A DNA stretch of 64,000 bases, filler included, from Corallochytrium limacisporum Hawaii (Eukaryota; Protista; Pluriformea), in the NCBI GenBank assembly GCA_002811645.1. It is 10 parts of 10 records of this genome, joined end to end, with 100 filler letters (N's around TTAATTAATTAA, not from the genome) between each part and the next. Parts side by side here need not be neighbours in the genome. Positions count along the whole stretch, not along the records: positions 19,470 to 50,711 come from PDIP01000073.1; 9 more parts are not named here. The stretch is one strand, 5' to 3'. Shown piece by piece: positions 22,701 through 33,543 of this stretch. Each line of letters opens with the position of its first letter. Position 1 is the stretch's first letter. The translations under genes were made by a program, and so were the position numbers. The notes beneath the pieces are model-generated. The model was not told the origin of the DNA. It made no database searches and saw nothing but the letters and a program-made list of their open reading frames with translations.

Positions 22701-25700
22701 TGCAAAGGTAGGGGGCGAAGGAACAAAGAGATGGAGCTGGAACGTATGGGCACCTTCACTTCCACTTTGGATTGCAGAGAGCTACGTATTTAGTTCCACA
22801 CTCGTGGAAGCTGTGTTTGGTTCCCACACCTCTCCTATAGAGCATCTTCACACCCCTCGCCATGGGCATTAAGAGAGCGGCAAAGACATTAGACAGGGAT
22901 ATGGTGTGGATGTCAGACCATTCGCTTGGCGAGGCACAAGAAGCGATACTCCTTTATCCGTTGATGTCGCTCTCCATCGCACGCAGAATCTGCCTCCCGC
23001 ATCTTCTTCGCCTCCTATTTTTCCGGGAGGAACCACATGCCTTGTGCCTTCCTCATACCGATTACCCACAGAGAAACTTTGGGACATAGCAGAGCAGGCG
23101 CTCGGTCGAAGTTTCCAACATGGACAAACGTTGGCCCATACATTTGCAATACCGAAAGGTTTCTGTACAATGGCCGGGCTACATCTAACACACAAAAGCC
23201 ACTTCCTCGCTGGATAGAATTCCACTGGCTCCCCCTTTATCCGTCCCTGCCTGCTTGCTTCCAAATACTCGCGGTGTTCCCTTTTTGTTTTGATTCTCTC
23301 CGCGAAGCGTTCGGACGATGTTCCAAGCCCCTTCGGCTGGGTACCACAACCAACGGCAAAGAAAAAGTAGTGAGCCAGATGGAACGAAAGTACTACCTAC
23401 ACCACCGGCGATCTGCAACTAACCAACGAAGCAGGAGTGAACCCCAGCGCCGGGGGGGGGGTTGGGCACCGCTGTCCAATATCTCCCCCGCTCGCTCTGT
23501 GAGTATAACCCCGCAGCGGCTTCCGATTCTCTGCTCGCTCTCTCTCTCTGGCTCTCCACTTTTTTCCCGCCCTCGATAACCAACCTCCCCGCCTGTCTTT
23601 TTCTGTCTATTCCTACGCCCGTTAACCGGCGATGGCGGAGGAAAAAGGGAGAGAGGGAGGGACCAATCCTCCCCTTCTTTTCTTCAATTTTCCTTCCCCT
23701 CCCCCCCCCCCCCNNNNNNNNNNNNNNNNNNNNNNNNNNNNNNNNNNNNNNNNNNNNNNNNNNNNNNNNNNNNNNNNCTGGTCGCTCCTAGAAAACTGGT
23801 TGCCAGTCATCCATCGTGGATACTGTGACAGTAAGAAGGAAACCAATACCAACGACCAGCCTATATCCAAGGAGCGCACCAACGTCTTCTAGGTATTGGC
23901 GGCGTGCTAGGCATGGTTCTGCGTTTTTGCATCCATCGAGCGGCTTCTGGAATACAGATCTATTTGAAATAAACACCAAATGCTAACTATGCCGAGGCGT
24001 ACCCATCCTTTCCCGCGGGGCGAGGAAGGGATGGGAAGGGTAAAAGGAGGGAGAGGAGATCAGGAAAGTTGTTGTTGTTGATGGTGAGGCAATGAATAGA
24101 GACTTGAAACCGGAAGGGGCATTCAACAGAAGGTGGACGATCACCACGAACAGGGAGTCCAGAGCACTTGGGTGCACGCTGATTGATAGGAGTGACACTG
24201 AGCCTTGACCATCAAGAATGGAACCATCGGTATGGTTACTCAGATTTGGGTATTTTCAATTCGGTTATTCGTCATTGGGTATGTGTGTGTGTGTGTGGTG
24301 GGGTTATACATTCCGCACGGGTCGGGAAGAGCTTCGGTCCGTTTGGTACTGTTCCTCAACCGTTTCCTACTGTCGCGGGTATGGCGAATTGCTCAAATTG
24401 TATGCCCGTTTGCGTCCCTGGACCCATTTCCAGGAAAGGAATTGCAGTATATTCAGTATCAAATCAGCGCCACCCTAACATGACATCCCGACCGAGTCCA
24501 ACAGCGCACCCAAATTTGAATCGCTATTGCGTGACTGCACTGGACCCAACGTTGTTGCTTCACCAAACGGAGGGGGTGGTGGTGGAGTGAAAGGTCTTCG
24601 TTTATTTCATATGTGATTGGTAAGGAAAGTATTGCAGGCTGGGGCCATCGGTTTCACCTTTTTTTCTCGGTCTCAAAATTTTTCTTCAGGGCCAGGAGAG
24701 GCCGACACTTATTTCCCCCCCCCCCCCCTTCCGGAGGGGGCAGCGGTGCGGTGCGGTTAGAAAGTCTGGACCCTCCTTGGTTGGATCTGTGGCTGTTGCG
24801 CTAGAGAATCTGTCAAAGCTTCGACGCGAAATATAGTGATTTTCTCCTGTGGAATGTGGGTTGAAAGTTGCTCACACCACCACTGCTTACAAACTTTTCG
24901 GCGGCAAAAATGGGGTGTGTGGTTGTGGAAGGAGGCCTTCGATCAGAGAGGGAGGGGAATGAATGAAGAGCGATATAAACAAAGTAACAAGGCCTGTCGG
25001 TCCGGGCCTCACCCAGCCAACGCTTCTGCCCTTGTTGGGATTCCCAGGAGACCTAATATTCACAGTAGGTTTACTACAAGAAAATGTACCGACCGTGCAC
25101 CATCTTTGTCATCTACGAGAACTGAAGATCATTGGGCGCGGTGGGGAAAGGCCCCCCGGGGGGGGGGGGGGGGNNNNNNNNNNNNNNNNNNNNNNNNNNN
25201 NNNNNNNNNNNNNNNNNNNNNNNNNNNNNNNNNNNNNNNNNNNNNNNNNNNNNNNNNNNNNNNNNNNNNNNNNNNNNNNNNNNNNNNNNNNNNNNNNNNN
25301 NNNNNNNNNNNNNNNNNNNNNNNNNNNNNNNNNNNNNNNNNNNNNNNNNNNNNNNNNNNCGGGGGGGGGGGAGGGGAAGAAGACGCAGAAGAGATAAACG
25401 AAGAGAGAGAGAGACCCGGAGAGACACAGAGAGAGGTAGTGAGAGGAACGAAGAAAGAATTGTGTGGGTTCTTGGGATTTATTCTTGACCCGAGTCCGAA
25501 CTCACACACACACAACGCACCAGTGACCAAGACTTCGGGGTTTTCCATTTCCCCCCGGGGGGGAGGGGTAAACACCGAAGTGTGGGGGCGTACGTATACA
25601 ATTTCTTTTTATATTTCTGGTGAGTCGACGGTAGGGCCTTATTTATTCTACTTCTTCAATCCGCGAACGGCTGCAGATTCCCCCTTTCAACTGGCACGCA

Positions 25701-26315
25701 AAAGGGAAAAACCCGGGGAAAAGGCGGGCGCGGGGGGAGGGTAAAGGCAGAGGGGAGGAAAAAGGGAGTGGAGGGTGGAGGGTAAGGGGGAAGGTTTGGG
25801 AGATCATCAACATTTTATCCTCTGCGGCCCACCCACTCGCTCCCTTCCCCCGTTCGTTGTCAATATTATCGGCGCGACGGACGTGGGGGGCAAAACCCGA
25901 AAGTGTCTGAGTAGGATTTGGAAAAAAAATACTTGGGAAATGGAACGGGTGAAATCTGGCTCTGTCCCAAGAGTCCGTCGTGCGGTCCCAACGACTCGCC
26001 GCAAGGGACAGATCGGCGAATGTAAATTGTTGAATTTGGGGGGGGGGGAGGAGGGAGGGAGGGAGAGGAAATGAGATGCAAGTTATGTGGGGAAGGAGAA
26101 AGAGAGGGAGTGTGTGAGAGAGACTGAGAGAGCGAGAGAGATCTCCGACCAGGTCTGTGCAGAGTTGAGGAGCTTCGAGTTTGCCCCACTAGTTTTTCGA
26201 TGTTGCCGTCGTAATTTCCGCTGTTTTCCCGGTTCCCTCGGTTTGGTGTGAACGTAGGATAGGTCGTGGCATGTCAGTTTGATTGTATCAGGCGGAGCTT
26301 CGGTCCACACCCACG

Positions 26316-26323
26316 TATATAAG
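26316..26323 (+). promoter_or_regulatory. Candidate TATA box of the P-type ATPase gene
   Basis: TATATAAG about 150 bp upstream of the ATG. Similar elements lie upstream of several other genes in this window. Confidence 0.4.
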
Positions 26324-26473
26324 GGAAGATAAGTCCGTACGATATGTGCCATACGATGAAAGATCCAGTCAGTACTACCGCACTTCGCCAAAGTCCTTAG
26401 TGGAACTTCTTGAATATACAAAGGGACTGAAGAACTTTATTGTCGGCTTCCTCCATACATTCCACACAAAACC

Positions 26474-29400
26474 ATGTCGAAGGCTGAATACCAGAGTGCC
26501 GCTGAGGGCACCTGGCATAAAATGTCCTTCGAGGAACTCCGGAGCGGTCTGAACGTGTCCTTCCCTGACAGCAACGTCGTGAAGGGACCCGGTCTTTCCG
26601 AGGGTGAGGCCAAGACCCGTAATGAAAAGTACGGCCTCAATCAACTGTCTCCCCCGAAACGCACCCCCTCTTGGCTCCGTTTTCTAAAGCAATTCACTGA
26701 TCCCCTTCTGATTCTGCTTGCCATTGCCATGATTTTTTCGTACATTCTTTACGGTATTGACACCTCAGATCCGACCAACCTGTACTTGGCCGTTGCTCTG
26801 AATGCTGTCATTCTGATCCAGGGTGTTATTTCCTTTATCCAGGAGAATAAGGCCATGTCCCTCATGGACTCTATCTCCAACCTTGGAGCCGATAAGGCTG
26901 TTGTCGTTCGTGACGGTCGCAAGCGCCAGCTGTCCGCTGAGAACATTACCATTGGTGACATCGTTGTCCTCGAGTCTGGTGATAAGATTCCAGCTGACGT
27001 GCGTCTAATCTCTGTGGATGGTCTCAAGATGGACAATTCCTCCTTGACGGGCGAGTCTGAGGCTATTGAGGCCTGTGTCGAGGGCACGGACGAGTACTAC
27101 CTGGAATCCCGCAACATGGCCTACAATGGATCCTTTATCACTGAGGGTAGCGGTATCGGTCTCGCTGTTGCACTGGGTGACAAGACTGTTATCGGCGACA
27201 TCGCCCGCCTGGCATCCAGCACTGGAAACCAGAAGACCACTCTGGAACGCGAGGTCGAGTACTTTGTCAAGTTCATTGCCGTCCTCTCCACCATCATGTC
27301 TATCATTGTCTTCTCCGTCGGTCTTGCCCGCGGTGTCAGCTTCCAGGACGCCTTTGTGAACGGTATCATTGTCACTCTCGTGGCCAACGTGCCCCAGGGT
27401 CTGCCCGCCACTGTACAGTCCACCCTCACCATCGCCACCGGCATTCTCTCCGAGCAGAATGTGCTGGTTAAGCGCCCCAACGTGATCGAGACGCTGGGTG
27501 CCACCACTACCATTGCCTCCGACAAGACAGGCACTCTGACCCAGAATAAGATGACCGTGGAGCATGTCTTTACTTCAGGTAATGTCCACACTGCAAAGAG
27601 CTTGATTCGGGATACTACACATGCTGACATTATGGACAAGGGCGAAATGAAGGATCTGGTTGCCTGCGCTGCTGTGTGCAACATGGCTGAGATCCAGGCC
27701 ACGGAAGAGGATGTGGTGATCCCCGTCGACCAGCGCAAGGCGACCGATATGGACGATGGCGTATCTGGCAAGATTAGTCGTGCAGTCAGCCGTCGCATGG
27801 AGACCAGCCACCGGGGTTCCATGACTTCTCGTGGCTCTCTCAGCCGCATCCCTGGCACCAAATCCGGTGAAAAGCACGATGATCCCTCCGAAATGCATGT
27901 GAACTTCCAGCGCTCTAACTCTCGCCGTCCCAGCCGCGGCACCTCTCTGTCCAAAATGGCCTCTTACCGCGCCGCCGAGAAGTTGCGTGAACAGGAACAG
28001 GGTTTGAAACCGCAGGGTAAGGTTACGGGTAATGCGTCCGATATTGCTATCTACAATTTTGTAGACAACGTTCGTGAGGTGACGGACATTAGGAATGACT
28101 ATAGTGAGATCTACACTCTGCCCTTCAACTCAAAGAATAAGTTTATGATCAAGATCGTTGAGCACGTCGAGAGCGGTGACCGCACCATCTTCCTGAAGGG
28201 AGCCCCTGAGCGTATTCTCGCCCGATGCGAATGGGTTGCTCAGTTTGGCCGCAAGGAGGAGCTGACTGACCAGTGGAAGAGCGAAAACCTGTTCCCAGCT
28301 ATGAAGAATCTGGCCAAGATGGGTGAGCGTATCCTTGGTTTTGCCTGCTTCCACCTTGAGAAGGGGGCACAGCTGCCCTCTAAGTTCCAGTTCTCCAACG
28401 ACGATGACGCCGACTGCAACTTCCCAGTGCGCGGGTTCACATTCCTTGGCCTCATGGCCATGATCGATCCACCGAAGGAGGGGGTGCCCGAAGCTGTCGC
28501 CTCATGCAAGTCTGCCGAGATCCGTGTCATGATGGTTACTGGTGATCACCCCGATACGGCTGTCGCCATTGCTCGCAAGTGCAATATCATTCGCGACTTT
28601 GCTACTCGTGATGAGATTGCCGAGGAGCGTAGCTGCAACCCGGACGAGGTACCTGAGGAAGATGTTGGTGCTGCTGTTGTGACGGGTCAAGAAGTGAACG
28701 ACTTCACCGAAGATGACTGGAAGCGCGTCCTTATCAAGCCTGAGATTGTCTTTGCTCGTACCTCTCCTCAGAACAAACTGGCAATTGTTACCGCCCTTCA
28801 GGAGTTTGGTGAGATTGTGGCCGTAACAGGTGATGGTGTGAACGATTCGCCTGCTCTGAAGAAGGCAGACATTGGTTGTGCCATGGGTATTGGTGGTTCG
28901 GAGGTGGCTAAGGATGCCTCCGACGTGGTGTTGATGGATGATAACTTTGCCTCCATTGTTCTGGGTGTGACCACTGGTCGTCGCGTGTTTGACAACCTGG
29001 TTAAGACCATTGCCTATACCCTGACCCATCTGTGGCCCGAGGTCTTCCCGGCCGTCATGCTGCTGCTGATTGGTCTGCCCCTGGGTCTGAATTCTCTGTT
29101 GGTGCTGATTGTGGATTTGGGTACTGAATTGGGTCCGGCCATTTCCTTTGCCTATGAATTACCCGAAGCTAATGTAATGGACCGTCCGCCCCGCAATGCC
29201 GCCACCGACCGATTGGTCAACAAGCAATTGCTGTCCTATGCCTATCTGCAAGCTGGTATTATTGAGCTCGGATTCTGTCTGGCCGCTTACTTCTGGGTCA
29301 TGTCGGACAACAACGTCCCAACGTCTGTGCTGTTCCACTCTGACTTCTTCGTCGATGATGCCCCGGATCTGACCCTGACGAACGGTGAAATTGCCGACTC

Positions 29401-29761
29401 TGATGCCCAGGCAGATATCCTGAGCAAGGCCCAAACTGCATGGTTCGTTACTTTGGTTCTCAGCCAGCTGGCTCACTGCTTCCAAATGAAGACTCGGGTT
29501 CAGTCTATCTTTGTCCACGGCATCTTCAACAATGTCACAATGCTCTACGGTGTCTTGGTGTCTGCTGGTATCATGTTCTTTGTTGTCTATGTGCCCTTCG
29601 GAAACCAAATCTTCAACACTGCGGAGCAGGAAACTCCGGGAACGACTTACACCTTCTGGCTTGGATCAGCAGGTCTGCTGCTTATCTGGAACGAATTCCG
29701 CAAGTTTGAGTTCCGCAAGTTGCCCGAGGGTCACTGGTTCAGGCGCTGGTTCCAATTCTAA
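26474..29761 (+). CDS. Atypical P2C (Na+/K+-ATPase alpha-like) P-type ATPase
   Basis: DNSSLTGES, VANVPQGLP, SDKTGTLTQN, KGAPERIL, MVTGDHP, TGDGVNDSPALKKAD, IAYTLT, DLGTE..PAISFAYE and 10-TM layout. Confidence 0.93.
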   Translation: MSKAEYQSAAEGTWHKMSFEELRSGLNVSFPDSNVVKGPGLSEGEAKTRNEKYGLNQLSPPKRTPSWLRFLKQFTDPLLILLAIAMIFSYILYGIDTSDPTNLYLAVALNAVILIQGVISFIQENKAMSLMDSISNLGADKAVVVRDGRKRQLSAENITIGDIVVLESGDKIPADVRLISVDGLKMDNSSLTGESEAIEACVEGTDEYYLESRNMAYNGSFITEGSGIGLAVALGDKTVIGDIARLASSTGNQKTTLEREVEYFVKFIAVLSTIMSIIVFSVGLARGVSFQDAFVNGIIVTLVANVPQGLPATVQSTLTIATGILSEQNVLVKRPNVIETLGATTTIASDKTGTLTQNKMTVEHVFTSGNVHTAKSLIRDTTHADIMDKGEMKDLVACAAVCNMAEIQATEEDVVIPVDQRKATDMDDGVSGKISRAVSRRMETSHRGSMTSRGSLSRIPGTKSGEKHDDPSEMHVNFQRSNSRRPSRGTSLSKMASYRAAEKLREQEQGLKPQGKVTGNASDIAIYNFVDNVREVTDIRNDYSEIYTLPFNSKNKFMIKIVEHVESGDRTIFLKGAPERILARCEWVAQFGRKEELTDQWKSENLFPAMKNLAKMGERILGFACFHLEKGAQLPSKFQFSNDDDADCNFPVRGFTFLGLMAMIDPPKEGVPEAVASCKSAEIRVMMVTGDHPDTAVAIARKCNIIRDFATRDEIAEERSCNPDEVPEEDVGAAVVTGQEVNDFTEDDWKRVLIKPEIVFARTSPQNKLAIVTALQEFGEIVAVTGDGVNDSPALKKADIGCAMGIGGSEVAKDASDVVLMDDNFASIVLGVTTGRRVFDNLVKTIAYTLTHLWPEVFPAVMLLLIGLPLGLNSLLVLIVDLGTELGPAISFAYELPEANVMDRPPRNAATDRLVNKQLLSYAYLQAGIIELGFCLAAYFWVMSDNNVPTSVLFHSDFFVDDAPDLTLTNGEIADSDAQADILSKAQTAWFVTLVLSQLAHCFQMKTRVQSIFVHGIFNNVTMLYGVLVSAGIMFFVVYVPFGNQIFNTAEQETPGTTYTFWLGSAGLLLIWNEFRKFEFRKLPEGHWFRRWFQF

Positions 29762-30312
29762 ACTAACAAATGTTCGTAAAATTCACATATCACCACACAC
29801 ACATTGTATGTATATAAATCATCATAGATCGTCTATAGCAATTTTCAAATCGCTGGGAGCTCCCCTTCGTTCATCCGCAATGGTAATGTTTTGTGTAAGT
29901 GAACTGGCTGGGAAGCTTGGACGTCGCAGAGGGGAGGGAGACAGTGTTGGGATGCACCCCGCCTTCGGGTGTGATAGGCGCGAATTGCCTATCCGTGTCT
30001 GGATATCTCTGGCCCGGTACCCCCCTTCCGGGAAGGGGAATCTGCCTCTTCCCCGCCGAAGTGACACTGGAGTATATTGGCCAATGCTAGCTCATCGCAT
30101 GTGAGTTTCTGAATTGCAACCTTGATATGTGGGCTGCGCACCGACGCAGTTGGATACGTTTAGCTGCTACATTTTCTCCAATGAAAGCGACTGGTATTCA
30201 AGATTGCTGCACAACACATAGCACTACAGATGTGGAATCCCAACAGCTCTCGAATCTCTCTCAGCCGACTACAGGAAATTCATCCGTGTATGCACTCTGA
30301 GTTCGAAACAAA

Positions 30313-32961
30313 ATGGCTGTTAAAGAAGAAGAGCTCGACCATGTTGGTCTCTCCGATGTGCACAAATTGAGCATTGAGCAGCTCAGTGGGAAGTTGAAGG
30401 AAAGAATCGGACAGGCAGAAAGTGTGGACGCATTGGAGGTATCCCTCGACCTGTCTGCATTCTTCCAGGGCAATGCGGGCTGTGACGTCGCATTATTGCG
30501 AAGGGACCTTGATATATTTGTGCAACAGTGTGAATCAGTGACAGAGCTGCAGGATTTGGTGCGCAGATTCCGGGCAACTTTCTTGGCCTCCGCTAGATAT
30601 GAGACAGAGTGCATTTTCGCTCTACAGTGCTATGCCTGGTACTCCCGAGCTCGGGGTGCACTACAACAGAACCTAAGTCAGACGGTGGGCACAGAACAGG
30701 CCACGCCAGTGGACAAGATCCTGGGGGTGGAACAAGCGCTGAAGCTGTTCAACCAAGAGAGCAAGGGAAGAACCTACCGACGCATCTCCAGCATTACTGC
30801 CGGCATTCTCTTCAGTTCAATCTGGGGCAACCTTTGTCGCAAGAAATCACCTTTGGTGGCAGAACACAAGAGCACAGACCACATCGTACATATGGGACCG
30901 CTGCTGACCTGGGTCGAACTAGAGGGCCGTAAGTTCAATATCTCTAATCCTGCCCACCCATACGCGTCTCCGGACGCAAAGATTGGAGAGGAAGACTCGG
31001 TCGGATCCGTTGGCGTCATAAGTGTCCTGAACAACCAAACCCTGAGCTTGCACCTGTGTCTAGAGATTGCGGAGCATTTGGTAAATCGCATTCAGTACGG
31101 TATCAATCGCAATAGTGCCATCCTCGATGTCCTTCGTTTCCTGACCGTTTTATGTGCTCCCGAGCTGCATACGCCGATGTTGCCTGAGCAAAAACGGCGT
31201 CTTGGCCTACTGATCCTGCGTGGTCTCGACGAGTACGCTATGCTTACCGCAGGCAAATCGATGCCAAAGGGCAATGAGCTCACCAATGCACTTTACATGT
31301 TGCTCAACAGCCTTCCCTCAGACGTCGGTGGTAGTAGTGTGAACACCCAAACGGATCTCTCCCAAAATCTGCGCATCATTGGCGGAAACCTGTCTGATTC
31401 CATTGCTGCACAAGATCTAATGGGTCACGCAAAGTACCTTGAGGTGTACTCAACCTGGGCCAGAGGGTCCGAACACAACGCAAACCTTGAACTGGTGCGC
31501 GTCTCTTTGGCACCGACTGCGTTCCGAGTGATTGACGCGGACCAAGTCGTACCTGGCGGTGCTAACCGCATGAACAGCACTGCTGCGGATGCGGCAGTGG
31601 TTGCACAAGGGGCCGTGGAAGTCGAGGCCTTTCGGGCGCACGTCATGACCCTCGCCCAGACGTTGGACGGCAGCCACGGCGAAATGCCCAAGGAGACTGT
31701 ATCAGATTTCCTGAAGTTTTTGAATCGATACGCACTATACCCAATGAAAGGACCAGGGAGCCACCAGCAGACCGACGAACGCACGGAAAGGGCTATGGCC
31801 AAGGGCAAGGGCAAGGCCAGCATGAGCAATGCCGTTGCCAACGATCTGGGTGAGGAATGTGCACAGCCGGAGGACATCCTTGACTCTGCCTTTATTATCG
31901 ACCGCCAGGAAGGTGATACACGCTTCCTTATCCGCAATCGTCGCGTTCTGCAGCGTGTTTTGGCGCAGGTGGGCATTCAAGTTTTGAAAAAGACTGTGAG
32001 CTCATATACCCTGGGCCTACTCTGGCAAAACGGGCTTGTCAATGATGAACCGTCCCGGACTCAGACCCAACTCATGCCCCGTAGCTGCCGTTCTGCTGCG
32101 GCTCCGTCACAGTGTGTGCGTTCGATCCTCGCGCAGCAATCTTCCTCAGACGACAAAGGCCAGATGAACGGTGTGGACAAAACCTGGGAAGGTTTGTTCC
32201 TGTGCGTGACGTGCATTGGTGATGCGGAGGTGTTCAACCCAATCTGTGAGCAGTGTGCCATTCATTGCCACTCCTTCTATGGCCATGAGCTGCGTCCCAT
32301 GTGGCGCAAGAGCGTGCCGTCCTGCGCGTGTGGCAGTGCTCTGTTTCCGTCATGCTGTCGCCTCTTTGATGAGGACCTGGAGACAAAGGCACCGGCGACC
32401 GCACCAAAGCGGTACATCTTTACCCTGCCCAACCGGTGGTGCTACGAAGGAGACTGCAAATTTGCAAACCGCCGGGAACCCCCCATGGAAATGGAACTTG
32501 AGTTGGAGGATGTTGCGGAGCCGTTGCCCTTCACCAGCGATCTCATGTGGCAGTGTGCTACCTGTGAGAATTGGTTCCACCCGCCGTGCTGCTTCACATC
32601 TCTGGTAGAAATTCAGGAACAGGATCCCGACACCTACATTTGCAATGACTGTTATGATGACAATCAAGAAGCTGAGGCCGCTGACGGAGACGGCATGTCT
32701 ACTGATGTTGCGACGAAGGTCGAAGGCATGTCTACTGATGTGGCGACGAAGCTCGAACCTGAAACTAGCATGATGGCCGGCACGTCGTCGTCCGCGCCGA
32801 CAGGAAGTTCCATGTCCGGGCCAATCCCTTCAACGGGGCCTTCTGGAGGAACCAGTACTAGCACCATAGAAATCAATGGCGCTGCTGCCGGGAGTGGTAC
32901 ATACGGTGCGAGTGAAGAGCCGTCCGCGAAGAAAGCTAGGATCGGGGAAGAAATGGAATAA
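30313..32961 (+). CDS. Large protein with C-terminal UBR7-like UBR-box plus PHD finger
   Basis: CVTC...ICEQCAIHCH...GHEL...CACGS (UBR-type) followed by MWQCATCENWFHPPC...YICNDC (PHD). C-terminal NLS-like PSAKKAR. Confidence 0.75.
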   Translation: MAVKEEELDHVGLSDVHKLSIEQLSGKLKERIGQAESVDALEVSLDLSAFFQGNAGCDVALLRRDLDIFVQQCESVTELQDLVRRFRATFLASARYETECIFALQCYAWYSRARGALQQNLSQTVGTEQATPVDKILGVEQALKLFNQESKGRTYRRISSITAGILFSSIWGNLCRKKSPLVAEHKSTDHIVHMGPLLTWVELEGRKFNISNPAHPYASPDAKIGEEDSVGSVGVISVLNNQTLSLHLCLEIAEHLVNRIQYGINRNSAILDVLRFLTVLCAPELHTPMLPEQKRRLGLLILRGLDEYAMLTAGKSMPKGNELTNALYMLLNSLPSDVGGSSVNTQTDLSQNLRIIGGNLSDSIAAQDLMGHAKYLEVYSTWARGSEHNANLELVRVSLAPTAFRVIDADQVVPGGANRMNSTAADAAVVAQGAVEVEAFRAHVMTLAQTLDGSHGEMPKETVSDFLKFLNRYALYPMKGPGSHQQTDERTERAMAKGKGKASMSNAVANDLGEECAQPEDILDSAFIIDRQEGDTRFLIRNRRVLQRVLAQVGIQVLKKTVSSYTLGLLWQNGLVNDEPSRTQTQLMPRSCRSAAAPSQCVRSILAQQSSSDDKGQMNGVDKTWEGLFLCVTCIGDAEVFNPICEQCAIHCHSFYGHELRPMWRKSVPSCACGSALFPSCCRLFDEDLETKAPATAPKRYIFTLPNRWCYEGDCKFANRREPPMEMELELEDVAEPLPFTSDLMWQCATCENWFHPPCCFTSLVEIQEQDPDTYICNDCYDDNQEAEAADGDGMSTDVATKVEGMSTDVATKLEPETSMMAGTSSSAPTGSSMSGPIPSTGPSGGTSTSTIEINGAAAGSGTYGASEEPSAKKARIGEEME
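32692..32757 (+). repeat. 2 x 33-bp coding tandem repeat (GMSTDVATK[V/L]E)
   Basis: GGCATGTCTACTGATGT[T/G]GCGACGAAG[G/C]TCGAA twice. Confidence 0.9.
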
Positions 32962-33054
32962 AGAACACAAACCGTTGAAAACTTTGGACTGTCAATTGAG
33001 AACGTTTACTTTGTGTGGGTCCTCCCCACGACTTCCGATGTATCGACATCACCG

Positions 33055-33543
33055 TCAGTTGAAAACGGGCTGATTCTTGATGGGGTCAGTCTTTGAGGGC
33101 TCAGAACCGTCTTTGATTTCAGCCATGGTCTCCTCATCCAGCTTGTAGATAGTGACGGCAAATCTTTCCTGTGCGGACTGACCATTGTATGATACCTGGT
33201 ACCAACACCGGGCTTTGAAGCCCTTGGGCTTCAGCCATTCGTTAACCTCATTGGTCCAGTGGAGGTTGAGCTGTGCTTCACACGTCTTTAGCCTGGGGCA
33301 GCCACCGCAGAAAAAGGTACAACTCTTGGGCACCTTGTGGTTGATCTCCTCAGCAGCCTGTGTCAAGTAACGCGATTCGAATTCGGAGGCCCAATCCTCC
33401 CACCCAAACCCTTGTTTCACATAAGGCTTTTTAAATTGCCATTTGCCACAGCAATACACGAAGGTGATGGGATCAAAGTAGTAGAGAGCAATAATATCAC
33501 CTTGTGGGTCCTTAGGAGTACAGCAGAAGCAAATATTTCCCAT
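33055..33543 (-). CDS. Small Cys-rich, probably myristoylated/palmitoylated protein (possibly Golgin-A7/Erf4-like)
   Basis: 162-aa ORF starting MGNICFCC, with a second Cys cluster and a TATTTAT element about 120 bp upstream. Family call is weak. Confidence 0.6.
   Translation of the reverse strand: MGNICFCCTPKDPQGDIIALYYFDPITFVYCCGKWQFKKPYVKQGFGWEDWASEFESRYLTQAAEEINHKVPKSCTFFCGGCPRLKTCEAQLNLHWTNEVNEWLKPKGFKARCWYQVSYNGQSAQERFAVTIYKLDEETMAEIKDGSEPSKTDPIKNQPVFN

Noticed and set aside
27005-29608. Long antisense ORFs opposite the ATPase (also opposite GH18 and M12B)
   Set aside because: These are shadows of biased codon usage on the coding strand and have no recognisable motifs.
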